Positions 39,468-49,070 of a DNA stretch of 64,000 bases are shown here, one piece after another; position 1 is the stretch's first letter; every line of letters starts with the position of its first letter. A program made the translations under genes and the position numbers. The notes beneath the pieces are model-generated. The model did not search any database. It was not told where the DNA came from and saw nothing but the letters and a program-made list of their open reading frames with translations. Origin of the DNA: an uncultured bacterium (GTDB lineage: Bacteria; Patescibacteriota; Minisyncoccia; Phycocordibacterales; PALSA-1337). Location of the stretch: positions 170,405-234,404 of the forward strand of contig OY969557.1 of the NCBI GenBank assembly GCA_963701025.1, given 5' to 3'.

Positions 39468-39800
39468 TTAATTCGGTATAGGCGCTATTGGCGGCAAGAT
39501 GGGCGAAGAGCTGGCTATGTTGGTCGGCTCGCCATTCTTCATTGCAGTCAAGTTCTCTATGGCTGGATTCCAGATCAAGCTGATGAAGACATCGTTCCAG
39601 AGATAAGTGGCCGGCTGTTCCAAGTACGTATCCCAAAAGCTCACGGTCGTGGTAGCTACATAGCCGAAGTTGTCCTGTGTGACCGGGGCTTGGACCAGGT
39701 TACGTAAGCTGAAGCCGTAATAGCTCAAAATAAGAAGGATAACGACGAAGATGACGATCCACCCGATGAGTCCCCTATCCCGTGGAATGTGAGAGTTCAT
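39468..39800 (-). CDS. Small membrane protein, hypothetical
   Basis: N-terminal TM 'LIGWIVIFVVILLILSYYGF'. Host-like GC. Confidence 0.45.
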   Translation of the reverse strand: MNSHIPRDRGLIGWIVIFVVILLILSYYGFSLRNLVQAPVTQDNFGYVATTTVSFWDTYLEQPATYLWNDVFISLIWNPAIENLTAMKNGEPTNIASSSPILPPIAPIPN

Positions 39801-39834
39801 GATGTTTGATGTTATGTCAAATATTATAGCATAC

Positions 39835-41181
39835 TCATTCCGCCAGCATAGAGATAGCGATATCCACGCGCTTCAAGGATTCTTTCTTGCCGAGGATGCA
39901 GGCGCTCATGAACGGATCTGGCGACTTCTCGAGTCCGGTCAAGGCCGCGCGCAATGGCCATAGGACATCTCCGCGGCCATTGGCTTCGGCATACGGCCAG
40001 ATGGCATCTTTGATCGCCTCGGCGCTGAAACCGGTGTTAGGTATAGCCGCTAACGATTCTTTGCACTTGGCAAGATGCGCTCGCGCCTTGGCCGGATCGG
40101 GATCTTTCTTCCATAAAAGAAGCGTGGCAGGGTAGTCCGATATGGCATAAACGAAGCCGAGCTCCCCTTCCCTGCCGAGCAGTCCCGCGATCTCTCCAAA
40201 AGCCGATATCTTTTCTCGCAGGAGCGGCAGGAGCCGCTTGAACACCGGGCTGGAAGTGGCGAGCCATTCCGGCAGAAAGACTTTGGCGCGATCGATGAAA
40301 TCGGCGTCGGAGAGCTTTGCGAGGTACTGTCGGTTGATCCAGTCAAGCTTTTTGACGTTAAAGACGGCCCCGCTCTTCTGGACCTTAGCCATGTCGAAGC
40401 TCTTGATCAATTCGTCCATACTGAATATCTCTTGGTCGGTGCCTGGATTCCAGCCGAGCAAAGCAAGAAAATTTATGACTGCTTCGGGAATATAGCCTTT
40501 TTCGCGATAGTAATTTACCGAAACGGTTTCACCATGCTTGCGTTTGGACAGTTTGGACTTGTCTGCGGCCAATATGATCGGCAGATGCGCGTATATCGGC
40601 CGAGGAGCCCCGATGGCTTCTTGTATGAGGATCTGCCTGGGCGTATTGGAGATATGGTCTTCGCCGCGCACGACGTAAGTGACGCCCATATCGAAATCGT
40701 CCACGACGACAGCGAGGTGATAAAGCGGCTCTTCCATGCTCTTGGCGATGACGAAGTCTTTGAGCTCCGTCGTGTCGAACGAGATATCGCCGCGGATAAG
40801 ATCGGTAAATGCTATCTTCTTGTTCGGATTCTTGAAGCGGATGACTTCAGTCCGGTCTCCAGGCTCTATCGGCGTCTCTTTGGAAACATATGCCTTGCCT
40901 TCGTCGACAAGCTTTTTCAAGTATCTTTTGTACACCTCTTCCCTGCCGGATTGTTTGACGGTCTCGTCGAATTTGAGATCAAGCCACTCGAGGCTTTCGG
41001 TGATGCTCGCTTCATATTCCTTAGTCGATCGGAGCTTGTCCGTGTCCTCTATGCGCAGGATGATCTTACCGCCGCGCTGTCTGGTGAAGAGATGATTGAA
41101 AAGGGCCGTCCTAGCCCCGCCCATGTGTAAATATCCCGTCGGAGACGGGGCGAAACGGGTGACGATGGGGGTCGAGCTCAT
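39835..41181 (-). CDS. gltX: Glutamate--tRNA ligase
   Basis: 'RFAPSPTGYLHMGGARTALFNHLF' and 'KLSKRKHG'. Confidence 0.9.
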   Translation of the reverse strand: MSSTPIVTRFAPSPTGYLHMGGARTALFNHLFTRQRGGKIILRIEDTDKLRSTKEYEASITESLEWLDLKFDETVKQSGREEVYKRYLKKLVDEGKAYVSKETPIEPGDRTEVIRFKNPNKKIAFTDLIRGDISFDTTELKDFVIAKSMEEPLYHLAVVVDDFDMGVTYVVRGEDHISNTPRQILIQEAIGAPRPIYAHLPIILAADKSKLSKRKHGETVSVNYYREKGYIPEAVINFLALLGWNPGTDQEIFSMDELIKSFDMAKVQKSGAVFNVKKLDWINRQYLAKLSDADFIDRAKVFLPEWLATSSPVFKRLLPLLREKISAFGEIAGLLGREGELGFVYAISDYPATLLLWKKDPDPAKARAHLAKCKESLAAIPNTGFSAEAIKDAIWPYAEANGRGDVLWPLRAALTGLEKSPDPFMSACILGKKESLKRVDIAISMLAE

Positions 41182-41188
41182 CTCTTAA

Positions 41189-41698
41189 CTACCCTTTGGT
41201 CTGCGAGCTGACCGAAGCCGAACCGTGGAAGACTTTCAATATGATATTGCCGTTAGCGTCGGTGAGAGGCTTGTCTGCGGAAGCGTTCCAGGTCTGGGTG
41301 CCGTCTGTATCGTCATAGAGGACGGCGTAGTATGTGCCGCCGTCGACCATGGGCTGTGACAGAGTGACCTTGGCCGGATTGATGCCGGAGCCGAGATAGG
41401 TCTCGCCGAGGATGGCTCCCGGCTGTCCGGCATTGTCAGCCTGTATGACGACCCAGCCTGGGTTGGCGAGCTGAACCGACGAGAGATAAGCCACATTGCC
41501 CGGATACTGGTCCGACATGACGATGCGGTTGATCGCGCCGGCTATTGGCGTCGCGGGATTATTCGTGGCGACGCTGTTATCGACGGTGGCCGGTGCGCCC
41601 TTGCCGCCAAAGACCCAGATGCCGATGATGATCAAAATAATGATGACGATGACGGTAGTGACCCACTGCCATGTCTTGATTCCGCTTTGAGGTTGCAT
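41189..41698 (-). CDS. Membrane-anchored secreted hypothetical protein
   Basis: N-terminal TM 'WQWVTTVIVIIILIIIGIWVFGG'. Confidence 0.5.
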   Translation of the reverse strand: MQPQSGIKTWQWVTTVIVIIILIIIGIWVFGGKGAPATVDNSVATNNPATPIAGAINRIVMSDQYPGNVAYLSSVQLANPGWVVIQADNAGQPGAILGETYLGSGINPAKVTLSQPMVDGGTYYAVLYDDTDGTQTWNASADKPLTDANGNIILKVFHGSASVSSQTKG

Positions 41699-41796
41699 AT
41701 GATTTTTATAAAAATTATTAACGCTTGTAAATCGACGTTGTCAGGCGGTTATTATAGCATATATACATGTGCCATTTCCACAAGGGTGCGCGGCCA

Positions 41797-42936
41797 TTAC
41801 TTCTCGTGTTCCAGAGCTATATTCAAGACCGCTTCGGCGATGACGGCCGCGCTGTCGAGGCGGGCAAAGGCCTTTGCCCGGTCGCGCATCGTGCCGCTGA
41901 TGGCCGGAGAGCCGGTGATACGCCTTATCTCCTCGATGAGGACGTGGGAGGTCAGATTGTTCTCCTCTATGATGGAAGCGGCTCCGGTCTCGGCATAGGC
42001 GAAGGCGTTGGCGGTCTGGTCATGGCTTATGGAATGCGGCAGAGGGATGATGATGGACGGCACGCCCCAGGCGGCTATCTCGAATATGGTCGATCCTGCA
42101 CGGGAGACGATGACCGTGGACGCGCCAGCCGACATACGCAAGGCTAATTCATCGAGATAATCAAAAGGATGGTAGCGATATCCGTACGGGTGGTCTTTGA
42201 GCATGACCGAGGTCGTGGCTTTGATCTCTTCGAGATTCGCCCGGCCTGTCTGGTGGATGATCTGATAGCTGTTGAGCAATTCCGGCAGGGCTTGGACGAT
42301 GACGTCGTTGATGGACTGGGCTCCCTGCGATCCTCCGAGAACGAGGACGACCGGCGTACCGGCTTCCAATTTGAGAAATTCAAAAGCCCCGTTGGTGAGC
42401 GGCGTGGCGATCTCGCCGCGGATGGGGTTGCCGGTATAGGCGATCTTTTCGGCCGCGCCTTTGACCTTGAAATACTTCACCGCGCTCGGATATGAAAGAG
42501 CTATCCTCCGGGCGAACTTCCCTGCCCAGGCATTGACCCGGCCGGGATGGCTGTCAGACTCGTGTATGACCACGGGGATGCCGAGGAGACGGGCGGCCAC
42601 AAGCGGCGGGAAGCTCGTGTAGCCGCCTTTACTGAATATGACGTCCGGGTATATCGAATACATCTTTATGATAGCCGTGAGACAGCCGAATATGGTCTTG
42701 AAGATGTCGGTGAAATTGAGCAGAGAGAAATAGCGCCGCATCTTGCCAGCCGGCACATAGACGAATTCTATCTCCGCGTCGAACAGGGCGCGCGGATTGT
42801 ACTTCGCCGGGGCCATGAAATAGAGCTTCGGCGGAAGGATCTTGCGCTCCCTGGCCCGAGCCTGCACGGCCTGCGCCACCGCGATGATCGGATAGAAATG
42901 CCCGCCCGTGCCGCCGCCGACGAAGAGGATTTTCAT
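41797..42936 (-). CDS. murG: UDP-GlcNAc:undecaprenyl-PP-MurNAc-pentapeptide GlcNAc transferase
   Basis: 'MKILFVGGGTGGHFYPIIAVAQAV' and the C-terminal GT-B 'LVLGGSQG'. Confidence 0.9.
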   Translation of the reverse strand: MKILFVGGGTGGHFYPIIAVAQAVQARARERKILPPKLYFMAPAKYNPRALFDAEIEFVYVPAGKMRRYFSLLNFTDIFKTIFGCLTAIIKMYSIYPDVIFSKGGYTSFPPLVAARLLGIPVVIHESDSHPGRVNAWAGKFARRIALSYPSAVKYFKVKGAAEKIAYTGNPIRGEIATPLTNGAFEFLKLEAGTPVVLVLGGSQGAQSINDVIVQALPELLNSYQIIHQTGRANLEEIKATTSVMLKDHPYGYRYHPFDYLDELALRMSAGASTVIVSRAGSTIFEIAAWGVPSIIIPLPHSISHDQTANAFAYAETGAASIIEENNLTSHVLIEEIRRITGSPAISGTMRDRAKAFARLDSAAVIAEAVLNIALEHEK

Positions 42937-43200
42937 ATAGGCCTTATTTTACCTTGAATAGTGGTGCGGCGCAAAAACCTTCATTTGAGCCGCAAGGAAG
43001 TTGTTCATTAAAATTGTAAGAGGGGGCTGGGTATTCCTACGATATCCCAGGGTGACGAAAAATCTTCGTCAACGGCTCAAAATAAGGTTTGACGATAAAA
43101 GTTCGTCACCCCCAGTTAGAGGTACATATGTCTGTTGCCTCATTTGCCACCGTGAGTAACAGAAATAATACGAGAGACATTTTTTTCCTTTCTTGTATGC

Positions 43201-44298
43201 TTACTTTGAATACTTAGATATGTTAGCGACGATCCCGGCAGCGGCTAATATTATTATGAGGGCCGTTCCCCCATGGGAGACGAAGAGAAGCGGTACGCCG
43301 GAGAGTGGCACCAAGCCGAGCATGGCGGCCATGTTGAGGAACGATTCGGTCACGATGAGCATGGCGATACCGATGGCCGTCATGCCGCCGAAAAGATCGG
43401 GCGCGCGCGAGCCGATCCGAAAGGCGCCGGCGGCCACGAGGAGATAGAGGACAACGAGCAAGGTCGACCCGACGAAGCCGAACTCCTCCCCCGCCACGGC
43501 GAAGATGGAGTCGTCGGTCGGCTGAGGCAGATAGCCGAATTTCTGTATGCTCTGGCCGAAACCGCGGCCGGTCAGGCCGCCGGAGCCGATGGCGATGAGC
43601 GACTGGTTGATCTGATAGCCGGCGCCTTGGGCGTCTCCGGAGCCCTGTAGGAAGACTTTGACTCGTTCATACGCGTAAGGGCGTACTGCGATGACGCCGA
43701 CGATGGCTATGGCCAGAATGCCTGCGGCCAGAGCCACATGCCGGATCGGCATGCCGGCGACGATGAGCATGATGATGCCGCTAAAGGCGATGATGGCGAA
43801 TGTGTCGGTGTCCGATTGGGCGAGGAGGAGCGCGCCGAGGATGGCCGTTATGATGACATACGGAAGCAGGCCGTATCGAAGCGATCTGATGCGATCTTTG
43901 GCGTATTGTATCCACGCCGCGAAATAGATGATGAAGGCGATCTTCAGGAATTCCGAAGGCTGGAACGAGAGCGGCCCGACATTGATCCACCGGGACGCGC
44001 CGCCGTGATAGAGCGACAGGCCGGGAATGAAGAGGAGCAGATTCAGGCCGATGGCCCCGAGGAATATGAACAAGGCCATATTCTTTAGGAATGTGTATTT
44101 GAGCTTGGAAAAGGCGTAAAAAGCTCCCGCTCCGATGATCAGGCTCGCCGTCTGCTTCAAGGCCACCGTGCCGAAGTTCGCGCCGTTCTGGGTCAGAAGA
44201 CCGAGCGAGGCGGACAGGAATATGACGAAACCGGCCAGCGTGAGCACGCCGATGGAGACGAGCAGGAAACGGTCTATATGGAGCTTGCGCGCGGCCAT
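43201..44298 (-). CDS. ftsW: SEDS-family peptidoglycan glycosyltransferase (FtsW/RodA)
   Basis: Ten TM helices. 'GFVGSTLLVVLYLLV' and 'GVPLLFVSHGGTALI'. Confidence 0.85.
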   Translation of the reverse strand: MAARKLHIDRFLLVSIGVLTLAGFVIFLSASLGLLTQNGANFGTVALKQTASLIIGAGAFYAFSKLKYTFLKNMALFIFLGAIGLNLLLFIPGLSLYHGGASRWINVGPLSFQPSEFLKIAFIIYFAAWIQYAKDRIRSLRYGLLPYVIITAILGALLLAQSDTDTFAIIAFSGIIMLIVAGMPIRHVALAAGILAIAIVGVIAVRPYAYERVKVFLQGSGDAQGAGYQINQSLIAIGSGGLTGRGFGQSIQKFGYLPQPTDDSIFAVAGEEFGFVGSTLLVVLYLLVAAGAFRIGSRAPDLFGGMTAIGIAMLIVTESFLNMAAMLGLVPLSGVPLLFVSHGGTALIIILAAAGIVANISKYSK

Positions 44299-44930
44299 TA
44301 CGCTTCTATTGTAGCATTCGCCGTGTCATCCGCGTGAGAGTCTGATTCGGCGGATCGCTTGAAGGCGGCGATGTCGGAGCGGACCGCGTCATATTCCGGA
44401 AGTTCGACGATCTTCGATATGCCTAGATGAGATAAAAGATCGATGGTCGGCTTGTAGAGATAGCTTCTGGCGTCTTTCGGGTTGTCTATTCTTTCCACCA
44501 GCCCGCGGATGAGGAGCGCGCGCAAGATGAATTGCGAATTGACGCCGCGTATATAGTCTATATCGGAGCGTGAAATAGGTCCTTGATACAGGACGATGGA
44601 AAGAGTCTCGAGACCGGCTTTGCCGAGGTCGTGGGTTAATTCGTCTTTGGTGAGTTTCTCGATCAAAGGAGAAAGCTCTTTGGCCGTGCCAAGCATGACG
44701 TCTTCATCTGTTTGTACGAGCGTCACTCCCCTGCCCCGCAGAGCCGTTTCAAGCTCAACCAAGCCAGCTTTGACTCCTTCGACTTTTTCATCCAAAAGAG
44801 AAGCGAGCTTTTTGACGCTGACAGGTTCAGCTTTCCAAAAGAGGATAGCTTCGATTTTGGCGGACAAATTCATGAGTTTATTATATGTTAATTCGTAATA
44901 TTCGCATACATTCGTGGATTCGGATTTCAA
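44298..44930 (-). CDS. scpB: Segregation and condensation protein B
   Basis: 'IEAILFWKAEPVSVKKLA...LYQGPISRSDIDYIRGVNSQFILRALLIRGLV'. Confidence 0.85.
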   Translation of the reverse strand: MKSESTNVCEYYELTYNKLMNLSAKIEAILFWKAEPVSVKKLASLLDEKVEGVKAGLVELETALRGRGVTLVQTDEDVMLGTAKELSPLIEKLTKDELTHDLGKAGLETLSIVLYQGPISRSDIDYIRGVNSQFILRALLIRGLVERIDNPKDARSYLYKPTIDLLSHLGISKIVELPEYDAVRSDIAAFKRSAESDSHADDTANATIEA

Positions 44931-45646
44931 TACTTCGGCACGCCGACCTCTTTCGTCTCCATCTGTATATCGCCAAAGCTCGCTTCCTGCGTAACATTGA
45001 CTATTCCCTGCTTGACTAGCTCGAGCATGGCCAGAAAGCTGACGATGAAATTGACTTTGTCGCCTTTGTGCTCGTCTGCGAAATCTTTGAAGCTCATTTT
45101 GAGCTGCGTCTGTATGCGCGCGGTCAGATTGCCGATCATGTCCTCGAGGCTGATGACTTTCTCCACGACATGCTTCGGTAGAACTTCCTTTTTCGGCAAT
45201 CGTTTGATGAGGTCTTGCAAAGACAGCAAGGCTTTTTCCAAGGTGAATTCAGGAGAAGGAACGAATACAGGCTCAATGGCTCTGGCTTGCTGTGGAAATA
45301 TCACGTCGCCGCCGAATAATTCTTGGACATACTTGCTCGCTTCTTTTATACGCTTGTAGATTTTGAGTCGCGTCTCGAGATCGCGGATGTCGCCTTGTTC
45401 CTCGTCGGTCAGATTAAGTTCCGGCAAGAGCGACTTTGACTTGATGAGGAGCAGGGTCGAAGCGACCAGAATGAAGTGGGCTGATTCGCCGATCGGCATA
45501 TTCCCGGATCCTTTTACATGTTCGATGAAATCGTCGGTGACTTTGGCTAGGGACACGTCGCCTATGAATAGCTTGCGCTTCTCGATGAGGTCAAGAAGAA
45601 GGTCGAGGGGGCCTTCGAAGGCTGTGGTTTTGACGGTGAAAGGCAC
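44927..45646 (-). CDS. scpA: Segregation and condensation protein A
   Basis: 'FEGPLDLLLDLIEKRKLFIGDVSLAKVTDDF'. Confidence 0.8.
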   Translation of the reverse strand: MPFTVKTTAFEGPLDLLLDLIEKRKLFIGDVSLAKVTDDFIEHVKGSGNMPIGESAHFILVASTLLLIKSKSLLPELNLTDEEQGDIRDLETRLKIYKRIKEASKYVQELFGGDVIFPQQARAIEPVFVPSPEFTLEKALLSLQDLIKRLPKKEVLPKHVVEKVISLEDMIGNLTARIQTQLKMSFKDFADEHKGDKVNFIVSFLAMLELVKQGIVNVTQEASFGDIQMETKEVGVPKY

Positions 45647-45681
45647 GAGAAAATTCCTAATTAATCTAATTGACCTAATTC

Positions 45682-46689
45682 CTAAATAACACCTATAGCT
45701 TTCTTGACTGCCAAAAGCTTCTTGGAGGCCTTATCATTGGCCCTTCGCGCTCCTTCAGCTAGGATATCCATGACTGCTTGCTCATCCAAAGCGAGCTTGG
45801 CCCGGCGTTCGCGCATGGGCTTGATGAAGGCGTCAATGTCCTCGATCAAGGCTTCTTTGAGCGCCTTATATTTGCCCTTATTGGCTTCGTAGAGATCTTT
45901 GAGATCCGATTCCGGCCGGAAGAGCTTGTGGATGTTGTAGACATTCACAGGAATGCCTGTCTGGCCGGCAGACAGACTGCCGGCTTCTGGGCCGTTCGAA
46001 TCGGTGACTATGCCCATGACGGCTTTTTGAATTTCTTCGCGTGAAGCAAAAAGCGGGATTGTGTTGTTGTAGCTTTTCGACATTTTCTGGCCATCCGTGC
46101 CGGGCACGACAGCCACCTCTTTCAAAATGATCGGCTCGGGCAGTTTGAAAACCCCTGCCTGATCGGCAGGTAGGTCACTCTTGAATATGTGATTGAATTT
46201 TAGGGCGATGTCGCGGGCGTATTCGACATGCTGTTTTTGGTCAGCGCCGACAGGCACGACGTCGGTGTCATAGAGCAGAATGTCCGCGGCCATGAGCACT
46301 GGATAATTGAAGGTGCCTACGCTGATCTCCTTGTTTTTGGCTTCAGCGTCTTTAAAGGCATGGGCGCGCATGAGGTACGGCATGGTGACGATGGTGTCAA
46401 AAATCCACGCAAGCTCGGTATGAGCCGAGACGTCGCTCTGCTTGAAAATGATCGATTTCTTCGGGTCGAGACCGATGGCGAGATAGTCGAGAGCCAGTTC
46501 CAGAGTCAGCTTGCGCATCTCGTCCCTGTCCTGGATGAGGTTGAGGCCGTGATAATCGGCGATCATGAAGAAATAGTCGAATTGGCCTAGAGTCTGCGCG
46601 TCCACGAATTGTTTCATAGCCCCGAAATAGTTGCCGATATGGGCCGTGCCCGTCGGTTTGACGCCGGAAAGTAGGATTTTCTTGGACAT
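45682..46689 (-). CDS. trpS: Tryptophan--tRNA ligase
   Basis: 'SGVKPTGTAHIGNYFGA' and 'KMSKS'. Confidence 0.9.
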   Translation of the reverse strand: MSKKILLSGVKPTGTAHIGNYFGAMKQFVDAQTLGQFDYFFMIADYHGLNLIQDRDEMRKLTLELALDYLAIGLDPKKSIIFKQSDVSAHTELAWIFDTIVTMPYLMRAHAFKDAEAKNKEISVGTFNYPVLMAADILLYDTDVVPVGADQKQHVEYARDIALKFNHIFKSDLPADQAGVFKLPEPIILKEVAVVPGTDGQKMSKSYNNTIPLFASREEIQKAVMGIVTDSNGPEAGSLSAGQTGIPVNVYNIHKLFRPESDLKDLYEANKGKYKALKEALIEDIDAFIKPMRERRAKLALDEQAVMDILAEGARRANDKASKKLLAVKKAIGVI

Positions 46690-46719
46690 GGGTAAATGAT
46701 AACAGAAAATGGGAAAATC

Positions 46720-47691
46720 TTATATCCCCTCCCCCTTCAATTCATCAACCAGCCTCTGGGCATTCTTGCTCAACTTTTTCGGCATTTGGACATGTGTGAC
46801 GACAAGCAGATCTCCTCGCTTTTGATGCGACGAGCCAGTGAAAGCGCCACGGGTTTCGTAAGGCACGCCTTTGCCTTTGATGCGAAGGATTTCGCCATGC
46901 GAAGTGCCAACAGGAATCTTAAGTTCGATCGTACCATCTACTTCAGGATTCAATGCCTTGATATCCACAGTTCCACCGGTCAGGGCCGTAGTGAGCTTGA
47001 CGGGCAGGTCCATGACGAGATTGAAACCTTCTTTACGGAAGCTCGGGTGCTCTTCGACCCAGACGCGGACGATAAGATCGCCCGGATTCCCACCTTCTGA
47101 CGCAGATGGCTCGCCTTTTCCTGCCACGCGCAAGCCTTGGCCGCTCTCGATGCCCGGCGGGATCTTGACCACCAGCTTTTCCTTGCGGCCGCCGATAGAA
47201 AGTTCTTTCTCAACGCCGAAAATCGAATCCTTAAAGGAAATCTGGATATCGACAGTCACATTCATGCCCTTTCTTACGCGCCGTCTGCCGCCTCCGCCAC
47301 CAAAGAAATCGCCGAACAGGTCGCCGAGGTCGAATTCGAATGATTGGCCGTCGCCGCCGAAGCCCTGGCCTTGGGTGAATTGTGAAAAGTCGAAGCCGCC
47401 AAACCCTTGACCGCCATTGAATCCTCCGAAGCCTCCCTGGAATCCCCCTGTGCCCGCATTGAAACCTGCGCCACCTGGCCCTGCCGAACCGAACCTGTCA
47501 TATTGCGCGCGCTTGGTGTCGTCAGAAAGCACCGCGTAGGCCTCGCTGGCTTCTTTGAACTTCTTTGAAGCCTCGTCATTGCCCTTGTTCTTGTCAGGGT
47601 GATACCGGTGGGCGAGCTTGTAGAAGGCCTTTTTCAGGTCTTCTTTCGAGGCGGTTTTCTCGACGCCGAGGGTTTTGTAATAGTCTTTCAT
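46720..47691 (-). CDS. dnaJ: DnaJ-family chaperone lacking the zinc-finger domain
   Basis: J domain 'DYYKTLGV...HPDKN', a G/F-rich linker and C-terminal substrate-binding domains. There is no CxxCxGxG repeat. Confidence 0.8.
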   Translation of the reverse strand: MKDYYKTLGVEKTASKEDLKKAFYKLAHRYHPDKNKGNDEASKKFKEASEAYAVLSDDTKRAQYDRFGSAGPGGAGFNAGTGGFQGGFGGFNGGQGFGGFDFSQFTQGQGFGGDGQSFEFDLGDLFGDFFGGGGGRRRVRKGMNVTVDIQISFKDSIFGVEKELSIGGRKEKLVVKIPPGIESGQGLRVAGKGEPSASEGGNPGDLIVRVWVEEHPSFRKEGFNLVMDLPVKLTTALTGGTVDIKALNPEVDGTIELKIPVGTSHGEILRIKGKGVPYETRGAFTGSSHQKRGDLLVVTHVQMPKKLSKNAQRLVDELKGEGI

Positions 47692-47758
47692 TGTCTTAAT
47701 CTCAAGGCTTTGTCTATAGTCGCCAAATAGATTATGTAATCACTTTTCTTTTAAAATC

Positions 47759-48085
47759 TTATACACCGAACAGCTTCTTCAACTTTACATCCACTTCGGT
47801 AAGCAATGGCGACTCCAACATGCCGAGCTCGCCCATTACGATCTTTTTCTGCAGGGTGGCAATCTTGTCGACTTTTATAAGTGAATCCCCCTTCAAGCCG
47901 TTTTCCGGCGAATGGACTGCTTTAATTTCAAATCTACCCGTTTTTTCAGCGACTCGCGATGATATGAAGCTTACAATGCAATCTTCGCCGCCTTTGTTAT
48001 CATATAGGACCAAGGCTGGCCTGACTTTCTGTCCCGACAAGTCAGTGAATGGAAAAGGTATAAGCACTATGGTTCCTTTATGCAT
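47759..48085 (-). CDS. MazF/PemK-family toxin
   Basis: 'KGTIVLIPFPFTDLSGQKVRPALVL' is the MazF/PemK N-terminus. Confidence 0.65.
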   Translation of the reverse strand: MHKGTIVLIPFPFTDLSGQKVRPALVLYDNKGGEDCIVSFISSRVAEKTGRFEIKAVHSPENGLKGDSLIKVDKIATLQKKIVMGELGMLESPLLTEVDVKLKKLFGV

Positions 48086-48347
48086 ATCGTTTCTTGAGGT
48101 CTTTTAGCGAATAAATATCTGGTTCTTTGGATAAGAAATCGAAGCTGGCGGAATTGGCGTTCACGTTGGTCATCTCATCTAACCCGTCGTTTTCGGCGTT
48201 TGGAAATCTCATTAAGATGGCATCTATGGAATTGCGCCTGCCGATGCCGAAGACTTCCCCGCCGTATTTGACGCGATTGACGAGACGGCTCATATTCTTG
48301 CGTGCGTTGGTTGTGGTGATGATTTTCATAGTGTACATAGTGTACAT
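48078..48347 (-). CDS. Antitoxin (Phd/YefM-like) paired with the MazF/PemK toxin
   Basis: 'MKIITTTNARKNMSRLVNRVKYGGEVFGIGRRN'. Its stop overlaps the toxin start. Confidence 0.45.
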   Translation of the reverse strand: MYTMYTMKIITTTNARKNMSRLVNRVKYGGEVFGIGRRNSIDAILMRFPNAENDGLDEMTNVNANSASFDFLSKEPDIYSLKDLKKRYA

Positions 48348-48515
48348 AATAGCTATTTTAATTGCAACTTGACACTATTTCCCATCCATGCCATCCTTTA
48401 TTTCAGACGGTAACTCGCAGATCGCTTTGTTAATGCGGCGCATCGTGCGCGGCATGGGCGAGGTGCGAGAAGTTGGAAACAATTGACAATTGGCTCTTGA
48501 AAGGAAGCCACGATT

Positions 48516-48815
48516 ATGATTGGTGGACTTACAGAAACACAAATGGCAGAGCTAAACGACCTTAACAGCCAAGTCTCAAAAGAAATCCATGATTTTGAGG
48601 AACTGGCTGACAAGATCGCAACGCTCCAATCGAAGATTGCTAATCTTACTCATCCGCTGTCCATTGAAGGACGTGTAGCCAGAGTCGGAGCAGTTCGAAT
48701 GGCCCTCAACGCTCGAGATGAATCACGAGCCACGCGCCTCGTTGAGAAATTCTGTCTTGAGGAAGACTCGGACGAGGTCGTCTGGAAAGAACTAAATGGC
48801 TTATTGGGCAGATGA
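48516..48815 (+). CDS. Hypothetical protein
   Basis: 99-aa ORF followed by a terminator. Confidence 0.35.
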   Translation: MIGGLTETQMAELNDLNSQVSKEIHDFEELADKIATLQSKIANLTHPLSIEGRVARVGAVRMALNARDESRATRLVEKFCLEEDSDEVVWKELNGLLGR

Positions 48816-48830
48816 GAATCTCACAAAGTT

Positions 48831-48898
48831 CCCTCGTTGACTCCCCCGATCACGCCGTTTTGGCGAAAAATCGGGAGAGCTGACGAGGGTCTTTTTTT
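48831..48898 (+). terminator. Rho-independent terminator
   Basis: ~20-bp imperfect stem (CCCTCGTTGACTCCCCCGAT ... ATCGGGAGAGCTGACGAGGG) followed by TCTTTTTTT. Confidence 0.6.
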
Positions 48899-49070
48899 GT
48901 CCCTATGCGAAAATGACATTTTTGGTGACAGATTCGTGGCTCTATTCAAGTCTGGTTCCGTACCTATACTGAGCGACAAAAGTGTCAGGTAAAGTGTCAT
49001 TATTGCATAGTGGTCGGAAATCAATGTGCTGGCCGTGCTAGCCATGCGCGTCGCTCGCGCCGCAACTTAC

